64,000 nucleotides of DNA, taken from NCBI GenBank assembly GCA_044892525.1, contig CM097885.1, forward strand, positions 26,910,001 through 26,974,000, read 5' to 3'. This stretch comes from Schmidtea polychroa. Taxonomy: Eukaryota. A program made the translations under genes and the position numbers. Within the stretch, counting starts at the first letter, position 1. Each line of letters begins with the position of its first letter. This document shows, one piece after another, positions 63,933 through 64,000 of this stretch. The notes beneath the pieces are model-generated. The model ran no database searches, was not told the origin of the DNA, and worked only from the letters and a program-made list of their open reading frames with translations.

Positions 63933-64000
63933 TTTTTTTTGGAAATTTGTTTTTCGGCACATTTTTGAATTTTAAGCAATTTTGTGTTAGGGAAATTTTT

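Overview
Very AT-rich eukaryotic DNA with short introns (~41-70 nt), (AAT)n/(TA)n microsatellites and TTAGGG-type telomeric repeats. A planarian-like flatworm is a reasonable inference but cannot be proven here. The window is mostly nested mobile elements: a decayed Polinton/Maverick that also carries an intact spliced Bcl-2-like gene, a Tc1-like remnant, a Helitron, several hAT, piggyBac and MULE elements or MITEs, Penelope remnants with hammerhead ribozymes, and two nested Ty3/gypsy LTR retrotransposons. Host genes reconstructed by hand are a SERF-like gene, the 3' half of a cytosolic carboxypeptidase (AGBL4/CCP6-like) with a U12-type intron, a small PPxY membrane protein and a small secreted peptide precursor. 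The three most notable observations are: (1) an intact, young gypsy element whose Gag ORF reads N-terminal extension - hydrophobic helix - ubiquitin-like domain ending in GG - capsid; (2) a 5.8-kb TG...CA insertion with a 4-bp TSD that carries an intron-containing CFAP95/C9orf135-like pseudogene, a telomeric array and GC-rich orphan ORFs; (3) the Polinton-associated Bcl-2 gene. All homology calls are from motif recognition by eye, not database searches.
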